Positions 26,632-40,815 of a stretch of DNA of 64,000 nt are shown in pieces. The notes below the pieces were generated by a model that saw nothing but the letters and a program-made list of their open reading frames with translations, was not told where the DNA came from and did not search any database. The DNA is from Cystobasidiomycetes sp. EMM_F5 (taxonomy: Eukaryota): positions 124,001 through 188,000 of the forward strand of contig JBPGPT010000020.1 in the NCBI GenBank assembly GCA_051047955.1. Reading direction: 5' to 3'. Position numbers and translations under genes: made by a program. Positions within the stretch are counted from its first letter, which is position 1; each line of letters opens with the position of its first letter.

Positions 26632-29600
26632 CTATACAGACGACTGTTTCGACTTCATGCTTTGCACTGTTGCTTTCATCTTTTCGATAATGTTGCCAAT
26701 CTTGAATGGCTTGCTGACGCTTCCATCGAATCCGCTCTGTATCATGGTGTCTATCTGCTCTTGTCTGGCATTCGCCGAAACTGCCAAGATCGGAATATGT
26801 CCATTTATTTGCCCATCTCGTTGCATTTGCCGGATAATCTTGATTGCGGATAGACCGTCAAGGACCGGCATCTACAGTATAGTGCGTCAGTATTGCGGGA
26901 CAAATCACAAAGAAATGCGTCTTACTTCGATGTCCATTAATACGCAATCGATGCGTGAACCGCCCGCGGTTACCCACTGACTCGCCTGTAATTTTTCGAT
27001 AGCCTCTTCTCCGTGATTAGCGCAAGATGTAACGCAGCCTGAGCGGGCCAAGTTCTTGTCGAGTAGCCGTTGGTTGACGATATTGTCTTCAACGATCAAT
27101 ACGTGAATAGCGTCCGGAACCTCGTTGCCGCTCGTCACCGGAGGAGTTGAAACCGGAGATATGGTATTCGGGACGATCTGCGGTGCGGCCATCATTGGGA
27201 AAGCGACAGCCGATTCTAATGATGTATCATTCATTCTCGTAAAGCTGGGTGAAGGGGTGTGACCCAAAGTGAGCGGATTTTCCGATCTCTTCGTTGGAAC
27301 GTAAAACTGTGAAAGGAGAAATGTCGACACTCAGCAGGCGTAGCCTGGCAGGCCCAGTATGACTTACAGTGAATGTGGATCCTGTACCTCTTACCGACTC
27401 GACACCTATCTCACCTCCAAATAGCTCTACAATCCGGCGGCATATAAAGAGCCCCAGGCCTGAGCCTCCATACATCACGTGCGTTTTTGCATTCGCTTGC
27501 TTAAACCTCTGGAACAGCCCGCTCATCTCCTGAGCGGTTAGGCCTCGCCCAGTATCTGATACAGAACAGACCAGATATAATTCTGGACTGAGATCGCCCA
27601 CAATGGAATCCATTTGGCGAGGACTGACCAAGGGGGGCGAAGCGACGCGTTCGTCGATGTTCTCGGCATGCGGTATGAACAACTTCGGCCGTTGTGATAC
27701 GACATTGCAAATTACCCGAACTATACGACTCCTTGATTGAGCCGTGAATTTGATGGCGTTCGTCAAGAGATTTATAAGCAGCTGGTTTATCCGACTTGGG
27801 TCGGTGAGCACCCAGTCGACATTCATCTCCTTGAAACCGCTTGCCATCTCAAGTTCCCACATTATACCCTTTGAGGCCATCTCAGCCTTGAAAACTGACA
27901 GTGTTTCGGGTATGAAATCGACAGGTCGGCACGGAACGGGCGTAACCACGAGGAAGTCATTGTCCAGCTTAGAGAGGGTGAGAGTGTCGTCTATAAGGCG
28001 AGACATGTGAACAGTACAGTGATTGATAATTCTCAGATCGCTCAAAGTATCGGCTACTTCCGCCTTGATCGAAGCCAACGATGTTTTAGCCTGATCTGAT
28101 CCAGTCAAAGCCTCGAGACGTTCAGCTGAAGCATCCGCAGCCAGACAGATGGCTGAAAGCGGACTGGAGACAAGTTTCAGCTTGGGCACTTTTCAAGCCA
28201 GACATGCAGAACTCACTTTCGCATCTCGTGCGATGTCATGTCAATAAACCTTTCCTGTTGCCTTCGGAGTTCAATAGCCTCCTCAGCCCGGTTCTTTTCG
28301 TACTCTTCGGTTGTCTTTTTCGAGGTGATATCGGTGGCCACGCCCGAAACAGCACAGAGCTTGCCGTCCTCATCGAACTCTGGACTATTCACAATGTAGA
28401 CCCAGGTGTTGCGCGTCTGTCCGGAATGCTTTCGCCAACGAAACTCGATAGATGTCATTTCGCCTTGCAAGATGTCCTTCCAGGCTGCGATGCATAACGG
28501 CTTGTCCTCGTCTTCGACCGATTCCAGCCACTGGGAAGGATGTTTCTCCCGGGGATGACCTGATAACTTCCACCACGCCTCGTTGACGAAGGTGATTTCA
28601 CCACTGTCATCGGCAGCATCAGTATCTTCGGCCTTTCATGTAAGAAGAAGCCAGGCATGCTTACTCAAGGCTTGCTGTGTATATACCTGCCGGACTCATC
28701 TCGGCCATCTTTAGGAATTTCAATTCCGAGGATCGTAATTCCTCTGTTCTAGCATCAAGCAATTGATGCAACTCCTCATTCTTCCGTTTGATTAGGGCGG
28801 CGAAGAAGCGCGACCGCCTAATTTCTTCGTTTACAAGTCGGATTGAAGTGATGCCATGTGACACCTGGGCTTGGAACAAATCGACAAAAATATCATAGTC
28901 CTCGTCGTACTTCTTTCTAGGATTAGTTCCCATAATGCCGATAGCGCGTAGATTGTTGTCCATCGTGAGCAGCGGCATGACTATCAGGCAAGTTATTTGA
29001 TCGCCGAGAACAGTCTTATCGATGTATTGTATGTAATCTGCAATGTCTTTACCATGCAAGACCTTGCGCTTATGCGTTCTTTGAACCTCGCGGAACACTT
29101 TGAGGAATGACGGATGAGATAGACCTTCCATCTCGCGACCATCAGGACCTGCTGGCGGTATCTCTGGCGGTAACACTTTGCAGTCTTCGCTCGTTCCAAA
29201 GACCGCTGCCCGTATGAAGGTCGTTTGCAGTTTCGCGCCAGACTGGTCATCAACACTGGCGACTGGAACTTCTTCGTCCACCGTATATGTGTCCCTACCG
29301 CTACTGCGAGTGTTACCGTTGGGTGTTGTCGCCGCATCGACATCCGCCTCGGAAGCCGTAGCACCGGGCAATATAGAGTGTTCGTGGGACGAGTCTTGAG
29401 AAATGTCGCGTTCATCGTCTGCTGCTGAACAGTCGTAAAAGACGAGAAGCGGTACGTCAATCGCCTCGTTTGATACGGCATTACAGACTTTGTTGAATAA
29501 TGACGCCGGACTAGAATTGATGCTAAACGAGAGCGATGCCTCACGGAGGAGGCGGACTCTACGCTCAGTGACTACGCTCTTGGTATTGTCGTAATTTGGT

Positions 29601-30791
29601 ATCCAGATGCCAACAATCTTGCCCTGGTCATCCCACATGGGTGACATGGACCAGCTGAAGAAGCACTCTTCTAGATAGTCGGCTCTTCGAAGATACAAGT
29701 GGTCATTGTCGGCTTGGTGAGATTTGCCGCTCAATGCCCCTTTTGCAGGAATGTGAAGGTAGGCCCATACTTCAGACCACGCTACCGAGTAGGGCAGACC
29801 CAGTATGATGGGATGCTTTTCTGCTACGTTGCGAGAGTAGGATACATTGTATAGTACTGCATGCAAAGGTGTTTATTAAGCTCGACCCGCATGGCATGGC
29901 AGAGACGCGTCTAAACTTACGGCATAGCTCTGGCCCATAGGCTATGAGAACGGGATGAGGACTAGCCAGGGCTAGCGACATCTGTGCCAATAGGAGCTCG
30001 GGCCATTCGTCCAAAGGTCCCAGTAGACTCTGCGACCAGTCAATTTCTCGATACAGCTGTACAAAATCACGCTGTTCGTCACGAGACACGCTTGCTGTTT
30101 CAATCTGAGCCCATCGCTCTAGCCAAGCTTCGGCACGAGGGCCTTGCTGCTTCATAGTCCGTGGCAGCTTGGGTAGCTTGCTGATGGCTTCATCTAGGAG
30201 AATAGTCGTCGCTGCAGCCGGTTCTTGAGCCATGAAATCCAAGATCATCGAGTTGACAGGAGGCGCATCTGCATCTCTTAGATGGGGTCGTCCACCATCT
30301 TCAACGCCTAGCGCAGTCACGTCCCGTATCGCTGGGTGGTCCGATGGTAATGAAATCGGTTTGGCCTCTGCTTTGTCGGTCTTTCTTCGCTTCCGAATGA
30401 CACCGTCACTTGACGACAGGCTGGCCCTGGGAGGAGGGTGTAAAGTGGGATGACTTCGCGATGACGGTGCCGTTAATGGAATCTGTTTTCTTGCTCCTCC
30501 CGAACGTGGCGGATTTCTGGCTATGCACACTACAGTCTGCGGGTCACTGCGGGGCAGCGTCGTGTATACGAATCTCTCGCTTTCGAAGCTGCTCCTGAGT
30601 CCGTTTGAGAGGCCCTCCCTGGGCTGATTGAGCTCGGAAAGCACCACATCTTTCAACGGCGCATCGCAGAGGTCATTGGCGGCGACGATTCCCTTTCCGC
30701 GTTGATAGACGCACGCCGCGCCAGCAGGGTAGAGCTGCACAAACTCGCACAGCTGGTCTGTTGCTTCTCCACCGCTGCTTTCGCGGCTCAT
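26632..30791 (-). CDS. Hybrid two-component histidine kinase (PAS-like/GAF-like, PAS, HisKA, HATPase, receiver)
   Basis: H-box FIDMTSHEMRNPLSAI (split by an intron), N-box NLLTNAIKFT, G1 DTGRG, G2 GGSGLGL, and receiver VLIVEDN..LMDIE/MPVLDG..SKPF. Confidence 0.95.
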
Positions 30792-31090
30792 TCTCGCTGG
30801 ATCGCTTGGTTGCGGCGGCTCAGTTTTCGCATCAAGGCATACTGCGCTGCTCGAGCTGTTGTTTGAAATATGAGTGTACTGCACTCGGAGCACTGTCCTC
30901 CGATGCAGGGTTATTGCAGATTTCAGCGACTGATGTGGGTCGGAAATGAACTCAGTTAATGCAATTAAGCGATCGCGGTTATACGCACGCCAACAGACAA
31001 GCCACAGCAACAAACAACGCTGACACGGTGGTTAGATTTTGTAGTCACAGCTGGACGGCGACGGCTGCTGGCTGATCCGCCAGTGCTCCG

Positions 31091-34000
31091 ATGAGCGCCA
31101 GCTACACGGCAACATGCTACCTCGTAGACGTGTCGCCGTCCATGGGCGAGCATATCGACCCGGAAGACAGTACGAGCCCGACTAAGCTCCAACACGCCCT
31201 CGAGTTTGTGCGGATCAAGCTCGCTCAGCGACTCATAAACCCCAAAAAGACCGACCAGATAGCGGTAGTCCTGTTTGGGGGAAACACGGACAACCAACTC
31301 GCAGAGGACAAGGACGGGTACGAGCACATTCAAGAACTCATCAGCATGCGTCAGCCATCGTACGCAGACTTGCGCGCACTAGACAGGATCAAACTCGGCA
31401 AGCACAGCGCAGATATGATTGCCGCAATGTACGTCGCCGGCAATCTCGTCAGGACAGCCCCCGTCAGACGCAAGGACGCGCGAAAGCAAGTCGTCCTCCT
31501 GACTGACGCACAAGAGATTCCACGCAAAGACGGACTCCCAGTGACAGACTGGGACGATACTGACTGGCTCGAACCGCTCTTGAACGCAATCATTCCCGGC
31601 AAGTTTGGCATGCCAATTGACTATCGAGACCTCTTTAGCCTTGGTGTCATGTATGTAGTCGTCATGTCAAAACCTCGTTGCAGCCTGAAATGGCTAATTG
31701 TGCGTATACTAGCGGAATGGACTTTGGTGATCCAGACATTGAAGAGCACTGTAGTTCTGGGTGGTCGGATGCCAAGGTTGCCTACATGCTGAATTTGACT
31801 GTGCAATCCGACTGACAGCCCGTCTGTATTGCAGAAACGCAACGTCGAACGCTTGAAGGGTGTGGCTGAACATGTGAATGAGCAGTCTGCACAATTTGGA
31901 GGGCCTAGGGCACTCGTCGGCAACATCAACGCAGCCATCGAAGGTGCCGGTGCACCGTCCATTGCACCAATCAACACGCAACACAAAAGTCTTGAGCTAC
32001 TCATCGGCGACAACGACACTGCCCGTGACGAGAGCTTGTGTTTTCGGGTAGAAGTGCAAAAGGCCACTCAAAAGGCCGCTGCGAGAAGTATGAGCAAGAT
32101 GCGAAAAGGTTTATGGGGTAAGACGTTGGATTCTGCTGAAGCGGCAACCAAACAAAAGAAGCGGAAGCGAAGTGGAGAAGACGACGAGGAGGCTGAAGAA
32201 CATGCGGACGCTGCTGCCTACGATCAGGGCGCTATTGTAACAGAAAAGGTGTGAAAGACTGCAGCTTCCTTCGTACCTCGCACTGATGGCTACGTCATCA
32301 CATCTCGGCAGCTGTACTTCTATCAGCCAGACTACAGCAAGGAAGACGGCAAAAAGAAGAAACCAAGGAGCGGGCAAGCCGACGAAGATCTTGACGAAGA
32401 CACTAAAGCCGATAGGCTGAGAAGGTCCGAAGCGTCTCGCAAATTGGAGAATACGGATAATCTGTCGAGAGCATACAAATATGGAGCGGATCTGATTCCC
32501 ATCAGCAAAGACGAGGAAGCAGACTTTTGCCAATTCCCAGCCGGCGAACCGGGACTTCAGGTCAGAGGGTTTACACAAGCTAGTGATGTAAAAGTGCCTA
32601 TATACAATCACCAGGCTCTGAAGCTGACAGAACTCTTGTGCCAGTATCGACCGGAACTCATCCTTGGTGATCCGAGATGGATTTTTGGAGGACCGGATAA
32701 TCAATCGCAAATCCTCTTTTCTTCCCTGATGTGGGCCATGAAGGAAGCAAAGAAGCATGGCTTAGTACGCCTACTTTTACCAAAAGAATCGCAGCCGAGA
32801 CTCCATCTCCTAGTGCCCTTGGTCGGAGAAGATGCAGTGGACCAAATCCGAGAATGCGGTCTCCTGCTAGGATTGCCATTCAAGGAGGAAGTCGCCAATT
32901 GGGCCTTTCCTTCGCTTGATCGCATACAAACTGTTTCAGGGCGAGCAGTCAAGGAGCATCGTCTCTTGCCAAAAGAGCAGCTGTTGAATGCAATGGACGA
33001 TTTCGTCGACAGTATGATGCTGCCAGTGTATACCGACGATGGCGGCGGCGAGAATCCAGAAAGTACGGCTGCTTCCTCGCAGATGCCAACCGGCACACCT
33101 TGGTTCGATCCAGCTGAATCGTACAACCCGGCCATACACAACATGCGAAATTGTGTCATACAAAAGATTTTGCATCCCTCAGCCAACCTTTCGGACGGTC
33201 GCATGGCTGTCCATCCGACTATTGAGAGGTACCTATATCCGCCACAGGAGATACTCGAGATGGCAGGCAGCGCAGCTATGGCCCTGCAAAAGGCTGCCAA
33301 CCTGTCCGAAAGTAAGCCCTGTCATTGCGAGGTGGTAGAGTGAGGCATGCTGACTTTATCGCTTTTCGCCTCAGTCCCGCCAAAGCCGAAAGCTACACGC
33401 GGGAGAAGTAAGAAGAAACCTTCGCAGAAACCAGCTACGAATGCTCTGGACGATATTCTGGGAGAAGAAGCTGGTAAGTAGCATGTCACGTTGCTGCATA
33501 TCAGGGCCTATATTGAGGAACAGTATTAGACGACGACGACGAAGTCGAGATGGCGAGCACGCAAGCAGGCGGCTCGGCAATGTACAGTCAAAGTCAAGGC
33601 TTATACCGACCGAACCCGGGCGTTAAGCAGAGCCAGCCAACCCAAAACAAAAGTGGGAATAGCCCCACCAAGCATGCTTTACAGCAGCAGTATCCGTCCA
33701 CTCACAAGCAAAAGATGAAGAAAGCCAAGAAGAAGGCTGGCGCGGACGATCACGACTCCGCTACCGAAGAGTCTGATGTCGATGATCGGACAGCGAATTC
33801 TGATAATGAAGCAGATGAAGATGATATCCAAGTCGAACAGGAGCCCAATGGCAAGCACGAGGATGGACCAGCTCTGAGCTTGCTTTCCGAAGAAGATCCG
33901 CTTGCGGACTTCGAGAAGCTGTTGGAACAGCCGGGAATGATTACCCCTGCAGTCAAGCAGTGTAAGTCACGTTGCAGAAATCGAAGCGTAATACCACATA

Positions 34001-34503
34001 GCTAACGGCCTCGATGTCAGTATTGGACTTGATTACGCGGACCGTAAAGAAAGCTTCTTCCGACAAGGACTACGAAAGACCCTTCTCGTGGATTACAAGA
34101 GTCCGAGAAGTTGCTATTGAAGAGGACGAGGCGGACGTGTACAACCAGTGAGTTTAGAATGATCGCCAATAATCGCCCTGGTTTCTGGGTTTACGAGCCT
34201 CATTCCGCAGATGTCTGCGCGACCTAAAACCGATTCTACACGACCACGAGCGACACGGAGAGCAGTGAGCAATGCCCTCTTGTACCTGTTCGGCCAGCAC
34301 CACTAAGCCTTTTTCCGATACAGCTTTCTCGCGAAACTGCGCAAGAACAAATTGGGTCTTGTCACATCTGCAGAAGGGGAAGGAGGCCTCGATGGTACTG
34401 TAGACACTGAAGAAGCAACTCAGGTATGTCTATATGCCGAGTTTGCTGCGTGCTTGCTGATGTGTGATACTGCCCTATCGGCCGATAGTTCTGGGAGATT
34501 TAG
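31091..34503 (+). CDS. KU80: Ku80, NHEJ DNA end-binding subunit
   Basis: vWA start TCYLVDVSPSMG, AYKYGADLIPI, LPFKEEV..WAFPSLD, AMDDFVDSMML, ESYNPAIH and a C-terminal helical domain. Confidence 0.88.
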
Positions 34504-34894
34504 TACTACTATCATCACTTTACGGTAGTATCTCTGCCAAGCAAGACGTTTCAGCAGGCGGAAGGAAGTATGGAGGAGAAGGTTTGTTGCGGCCATGAAA
34601 GTATGAGGTCGAAATTTGAAGGTGTTTTGTCTAAGTCAGGCTGCGTCGACGCGCCGGAGTGGGCTTGACGGAAGTGGTCTACTCTCCCGCAGTCATACTA
34701 TGGCCATGTCCGCTACTCGAGTCGCTGTGCTGTCATGGGAGGCTCTCCGCTCTCTTCCCGAGAAAACCCGATTGTTGCCTTTCAAGAATTTCGGTTTGCC
34801 GTGGACCTTTTTTGCGACTTTTGATTAGACCCAGGCCATTACCTGAAGGACTAGCTGCACAAGACGGCTACCAGTCTCTGATAAGCTCCTAGCC

Positions 34895-36700
34895 ATGTTC
34901 ACACTGCCCAGCGCTGCCATGGCGGCCTTTTCCATGCCTGCAATTGGCGGGTCAAACCTGGTACCAACGAGCGTGCCATCTGGCATCTTCAAGCTGAACG
35001 CAGCTGGCGTACTGGACGATGCAAAGGCAAAGGCCAAGGGTGGGCTGCAATATTATCAGAAATACTGCGACAGCTAATCCATGGTGCTCCCGTTTGCGCC
35101 TAATCTCCGCAGAGCTCGAGGGCAAGGCAAAGAGCGAGTTCTCTCAGGCCAAGTCTGCCGTAGCTGCAAAGATCCCAGAGTCCGCTGGGGGCAACAAGAT
35201 TGAGCTGTACTCTGGCAAATACTACTACACCTGCGCAATCGGTGGTGCTTTTGCTTGCGGTCTCACCCATACCTTCGGTGCGTGAATGGCGTATAGCCAG
35301 TACTGCCAGAGCGGAGACGAACGTAATGTTCACGTTTGTTTTCCGTACAGTCACTCCGCTTGATTTGGTCAAATGCAGACGTCAAGTAGACAAGAACATC
35401 TACAAGGGCAACATGGACGGCTGGAGAAAAATCGCTGCCGCTGACGGTATCCGCGGTTTATAGTGGGTGGCATCCTTCAGGAGATACTTCGTTGGACTGT
35501 GTTTGATGTTAGAAATCCCTTTTTTTGTAGCACTGGCTGGTCTCCAACACTCCTCGGTTACTCCATGCAGGGTGCCGCCAAGGTAAGGAAAATAAAGTAT
35601 AACAGCTCGCTCGGAACAATCACAGTGCTGAATGCGATTGGTTTCATATTTCAGTACGGATTCTACGAATACTTCAAGAAGACCTACTCCGACATGGCTG
35701 GCCCAGTCAATGCCGCCAAGTACAAGTCTGCCATTTTCCTCGCTGGTTCTGCCTCTGCCGAACTCATTGCCGACGTTGCCCTTGTCCCAGTGAGTAGTCG
35801 AGCTCCGTGTCGGGCGATTTTGCTTGGCGATGCTGAATTGCCGCATCTACGCAGATGGAAGCCGTTAAGGTCCGAATTCAAACAACCATCCCACCGTTCG
35901 CCACTGGTATTCGCGATGGTCTCGCCAAATTCACTGCCAACGAAGGTGTAGGCGGTCTCTACAAGTCTCTGCCATCGCTCTGGTCTCGTCAAATTCCTTA
36001 CACCATGATGAAGGTATGACAGGTGGAAACCGACAAGTAGAGCGAAGCTAACTGTTTTATGCCTTTCCAGTTCTGGTCTTTCGAATCTACCGTCGCGCTC
36101 ATCTACAAGCAACTCGGTGGCAACAAGGACTCTTACAACAAGGTCCAACAGCTCGGTGTCTCTTTCCTCGCTGGTTACATTGCCGGCGTCTTCTGCGTAA
36201 GTTCGATACATCCAAGTCGACGGCATGCCTCTGACTCGGTGTTTTCCTTGTCTGTAGGCCGTTGTATCGCACCCTGCCGACACCATGGTCTCCAAACTCA
36301 ACGCTCAAGTCGCTCCAGGCGCACCCAAGCCAACCGTTGGCTCCATCTACTCGCAAATCGGTTTCGGTGGACTCTGTGAGTTTGGAGATTCGGCCTACGT
36401 TACGTACCGGCTGACAATCTGTTTGTAGGGGCCGGTCTTCCAGTCCGTATCTTCATGATTGGTACACTCACCGCACTGCAATGGGGTCAGTACTGTTGCA
36501 GCGTTCGTGCAATCGGTGATTCTGAGACCATTTCCTGGCAGGTATCTACGACGCATTCAAGGTACAGATGGGTCTGGTAAGCTTGCAAAATTTGCCATGT
36601 ACACACGTCAAAGCTAAGACGGATCTCGAAGCCCACCACTGGTTCGGCCGCGCCAGAAGAGAAGCCAGCTGCCGGTGCGGTCGCTTCCAAGCTGCACTAA
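34895..36700 (+). CDS. Mitochondrial phosphate carrier (Pic2/Mir1 family)
   Basis: IELYSGKYYYTCAIGG..ACGLTH, TPLDLVKCRRQV, GYSMQGA.KYGFYEYFKK, LWSRQIPYTMMKF and IFMIGTLTALQW. Confidence 0.95.
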
Positions 36701-36885
36701 GCGGTTTGACCATTGCACGTTACATAGAGGATTACGGAAAGGAAAAAACGGTAAAGCTGGCTTTTCACGAGGTGTCTGCGACAGACCGCTTCATTGTCTT
36801 GCACGTATCATCACCGACAGTTCTATGTATTGGGTTAGTCGAATCGGCTTGCACGAACCGAAATATAGAGATGATTTTGTCATTC

Positions 36886-38717
36886 ATGATGGCTGCACGA
36901 GTATCAACAATCTGCCACGTTGCCTGCCTGCTGTCACCGCATGCAGCTATGGAGCCCAGCCTGGCGATGCGTGTCCAAATCTCACTCTATAGCTGGTATT
37001 CCCCGCTCGCTGACGAGCTGCAGCCGTAATCTTCAAACATCGCAGAGCCTCACTGCCCACAAAGACCGTCCCAAAGGTCGACAGCGACTGTTTCTTGCTG
37101 GCCTGAATCCATTCCTCCCTCCCACCGCACGATACGCAAGCTCGCCCAGCTTCAGAGAGATTCCCGTCCACGAATGGCTCGCAAGTCTTGGGCTGGACAC
37201 CTCGTCGGCTGACGAGGTAGAAATAACACATATCGCAGCGGGACACGGTCATGCGCTCATTGCGTACAGATATCAAGGTTCCGAAGCAGTCTTTGCTATC
37301 GGCAGGAATGAAAGCGGGCAATTGGGTATTGGATACAACTCCCAGGTGAGTCTCTTCAAGTATTGCGTTGCACTTCGGCGGCCTGATGCGCTATTCGCGT
37401 AACGAGGAACCCACGCGAGGTTTAATGGAAGGTTTCACGGGCGACTATATCGAGGACATCGCTTGCGGCATCACATCCTCGTACATTCAAGTCCGCCAAG
37501 GAGATGTATCCGCGTTGTATACGTGCGGCAACAAATACAGAGGTGTGGAGCATAGTCGCATAGTCACTGCAAACGCTCACACTAGCGTATCACGTTTAGG
37601 TCAATTGGGCTTACCCATACTGCGATCATCCCTGGCTACACCAAGTCAGGACCTGGCTGCTCGCGCGACATTGGTGCAAGATGCATCCGGCATCCGAGGC
37701 CTTGCAGTCGGCTATGAATCTGCAATTATTGTCAGAGGTGAGTTCGACCGTGTCTGCCTGTATTTGTTACTTACTGGAAGCCCAGACGACAGCACCGTCG
37801 CAGGGACCGGTGTAAATACTGATGGGCAGCTCGGAACGGGAGATGATGTTGACAGGATGAAACTCGAGTCTATCAGCTTACCAGACACAGCCGTCAAAGC
37901 TATTCGGGCTGGAGCAGACACGTCCGCCATCGTGACTGAATCTGGACAACTATGGACTTTTGGCAATTCAGTTAGTATCTTTGCATCACTGCTACTTGAC
38001 GACACTGACAATTTGTACGATAGGAGTATGGACAAGCTTGTCATGGCGAGAAGATCGACAGGGTCATGACGCCGAAAATGGTTGATCAGGATTTCTTTGG
38101 TGGTGCAGCTGTTGCGGACTTCTGCTCAGCAGGTTCAGCTTCCATCGTTCTGACTGGTACGTTCCTTCGTACGCTGTCCACTCTGCAAACCAAGATGAAT
38201 AACGCCGGGGCCATATGAGCGAGTGGGGTGTGCATACAAGCAACCGCAGCTCTGTCGATGTTTTCAACATCCGGCGACACTCTAATCTTCAGACTCCGCA
38301 AGGAGCAGTCCTACCTGACATAAAATGCCACACTCATTCAACCTCCCAGCGTGTGTAAGGCTCCCGCTGATATTTGGCAATGTCTGTGCAGAGGACGGAA
38401 ACGTTTACGTTGCAGGTTACGGTGCGCTCGGTCTCGGACAAGAGGCGATCGAGTGCGTTCGTCCCACCTACATCCCGCAACTCAGCAATATTGTGCGCAT
38501 CTTTGGCGGTTACGGAGGCTTTGCAGCAGTGGACAGACAAGGGAAGACGTTCAGCTGGGGACTTTCTAGCAAGCATGGTCGGCTTGGAACAGGCAGCATT
38601 GTCAATGTCTTGACGCCTGTGGAATCAGCCTTCAGAGGCATTGGTGGACCCAAAACTATAGACAAGGTTGCTTTCTCTGCCAACTCGCTCTTCGTATTGC
38701 TACGACAACATGATTGA
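36886..38717 (+). CDS. RCC1/BLIP-II repeat protein, probably mitochondrial
   Basis: Repeated GxNxxGQLG motifs, IAAGHGH, IRAGADTS and GQLWTFGNSEYGQ. Confidence 0.85.
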
Positions 38718-38738
38718 TGGGCAAAGTTTTTTCAGATT

Positions 38739-40815
38739 TCAGGCTACATCATCTGAACTTCCCGTGTATAGTTCGACTGCCGTGTCCATGTACGAGCTAG
38801 CCGTTTCCAATATTGTGCCCAAGTCCTGGAAGAGAGTGAAGTGATCGCACTGAAACTGCTCATTGCGGACACCTCGAGCTATCCTAAACACGATTCCAAT
38901 CCCATGTAGTTGGTATTCCTGTGGGGCAGGTGGTTTGGGTCTTCGCACAGCAAAAACGAGAGACCCGGAATCTCCACCCTGTGCCATACCGTTCGGACCG
39001 CCGCAAGCGTACCACACATTTGGTCTGTCCTTGTTGTAGATGCAAAAGTCCTCTTGACGCGTCTTATGTGTTTCCTCGATGATGCTTGTAGTGACGGTGC
39101 CAATGACCCTTCCTTCTACTCCTCCCGACGTTCCTCCAACAAAATAAACCTTCTCGCCCTTCTCGGGTTCGCCTACAGCGCCGACAACAGCTCTCATATG
39201 CTGCATAGCCGCCTTTGTTGCTTCGTAAGACACCTTGCAGGACTCGTAAGCGGCTGTATCGCCTTTGATTTCTTGATCAATCATATCTCTGTCGTCCGCC
39301 TCAACGTTGCAAGCTTGATAACCAGCGATACGTTTGAATTCATTGTAGCCACGCCGTTCGTTTGCGAATTCCACAATGCCAAAGTCACTGAAATGACGAT
39401 TCTCAAGGAGTGCCTTGGCTTTTTGGGTGCAGTTATGACCATCTTGTGTGAGTTGGGTATCTGGTCCAATATGCGAATGATTGTCTACCGCGAAAACGAC
39501 AATACCAAAGTCTCTGCAGGCGTATTCTTTCAGTAGCTGGTCTCTTTGAGCTTGCATTGCCGCTCTTTGAGATTCGGTGCCTCGTGCCACGGTCTGGATA
39601 CCTTGCTGCCGCCAAATCATCTCGGAAGGCGAGACCATGACATAAGGGCGCTTTGCATCCTTGGGAAGGCAACAGTGACCCGTCGTCAAGGCACCAACTT
39701 TCTGGGAATGAGGAATCAGACTCCATGTTTATGGCTCGACATTTGACATCTTATACCTGAGCTCCGGATTTATCTCGCCATGTCACAATCAAGCCAACAG
39801 TGCCGCTTGGATACATCAACGGATCACGTTGTTCCTCATCCCTGACTCTCCCTTCATCGTTGACTTCGGTTTTGTATGTACCCTCTACCGCTCCTGTCAT
39901 TTTTGGTGATATTGTGTCACCTGGCTGAAGTGGGCATGCTCGCGGGCTACGTTCGGTATTGTATCTGTGCAAGGGAAGGTCTGTCGGAACGCCCGCAACG
40001 GGAGCTGCAGGAAGCGATTCTCCTGGTATAACGCGTAAGCATTTCAAGTCGTCACGAGATTGGCTGCAGAGATTTAGGAATTCTTGCCCAGGGAGATTAT
40101 CCATGATATCCGTCGACAGCATTACAGTCACACAAGGTGCTGCAATTTGTTCTGAGATACCAAAACATGACTCGAATACCCTTGCGGGAACGTGGAGATG
40201 CTGCAAAAGCTGCTTTGCTTTGAGACTGGTCCTTTTGACTTCGGCTTCGGCAGCGGGTCCCACCGGAAAATGGCGAAGGACGAAGGGAGCGCTGAAATAA
40301 TCGACAGGTCTATGTCTTCGAGTAAGACCAAAGGTATCAAGAGCAGAAATGAGTTGATACCAGTCGCTCCGCCTTCGTCTGTCTCTGGCCGAGTCTGGGT
40401 CTCCTATGCGAACGTCTAGGATTAGCAGACGCGTTGCAAGTCTCATTTGATCCATAGATGCTGCAATGAGTGCGCTACGATCTGTTCCGACAGCAGCCAC
40501 TTGACCTGATGGAGCTCGGATATTGATACGGCGAACCGCAATGAGCAGCGTCTCGAGCGTATCGTCAGCTTCACGGTAGCGAAAAGGTAGACACATCTGC
40601 CTGTCAATCTGCCTCTTAGAGTGCATCACCATCTGTCAGCGAATCCGGCTAACGGTCGCTGTTATTCGTCGACATACCTGCAGTACCTCATAACAGTCTG
40701 ACAGCTCTGATGAAGCGCCAGTCTCTTCCGAAGGGTGCCCGGAATCGGCTGTCGCGTTCCCTGTTTCATGCAAGAGTTCGATGTCTGCGAGAGTCTGATT
40801 ACTCGGTTGTTCCAT
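38739..40815 (-). CDS. Orphan trypsin-like (PA clan, Ssy5/S64- or Nal1-like) serine protease, no signal peptide
   Basis: Splicing gives SGTVGLIV..KVGALTTGHCC (His), SDFGIVE (Asp), VGGTSGGVEG and AQGGDSGSLV (Ser). Confidence 0.7.

Noticed and set aside
28993..29544. 183-codon alternative-frame ORF inside the histidine kinase
   Set aside because: Nested out of frame in a well-supported exon, with no recognisable features.
32111..33300. Minus-strand ORFs of 215 and 199 codons
   Set aside because: Antisense shadows of Ku80 exons.
26632..34503. Bacterial origin of the histidine kinase or Ku (contamination or recent transfer)
   Set aside because: Both genes contain spliceosomal introns, and Ku has the eukaryotic vWA domain.
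38910..39536. 208-codon hydrophobic plus-strand ORF
   Set aside because: Antisense to the protease exon that carries the catalytic motifs.
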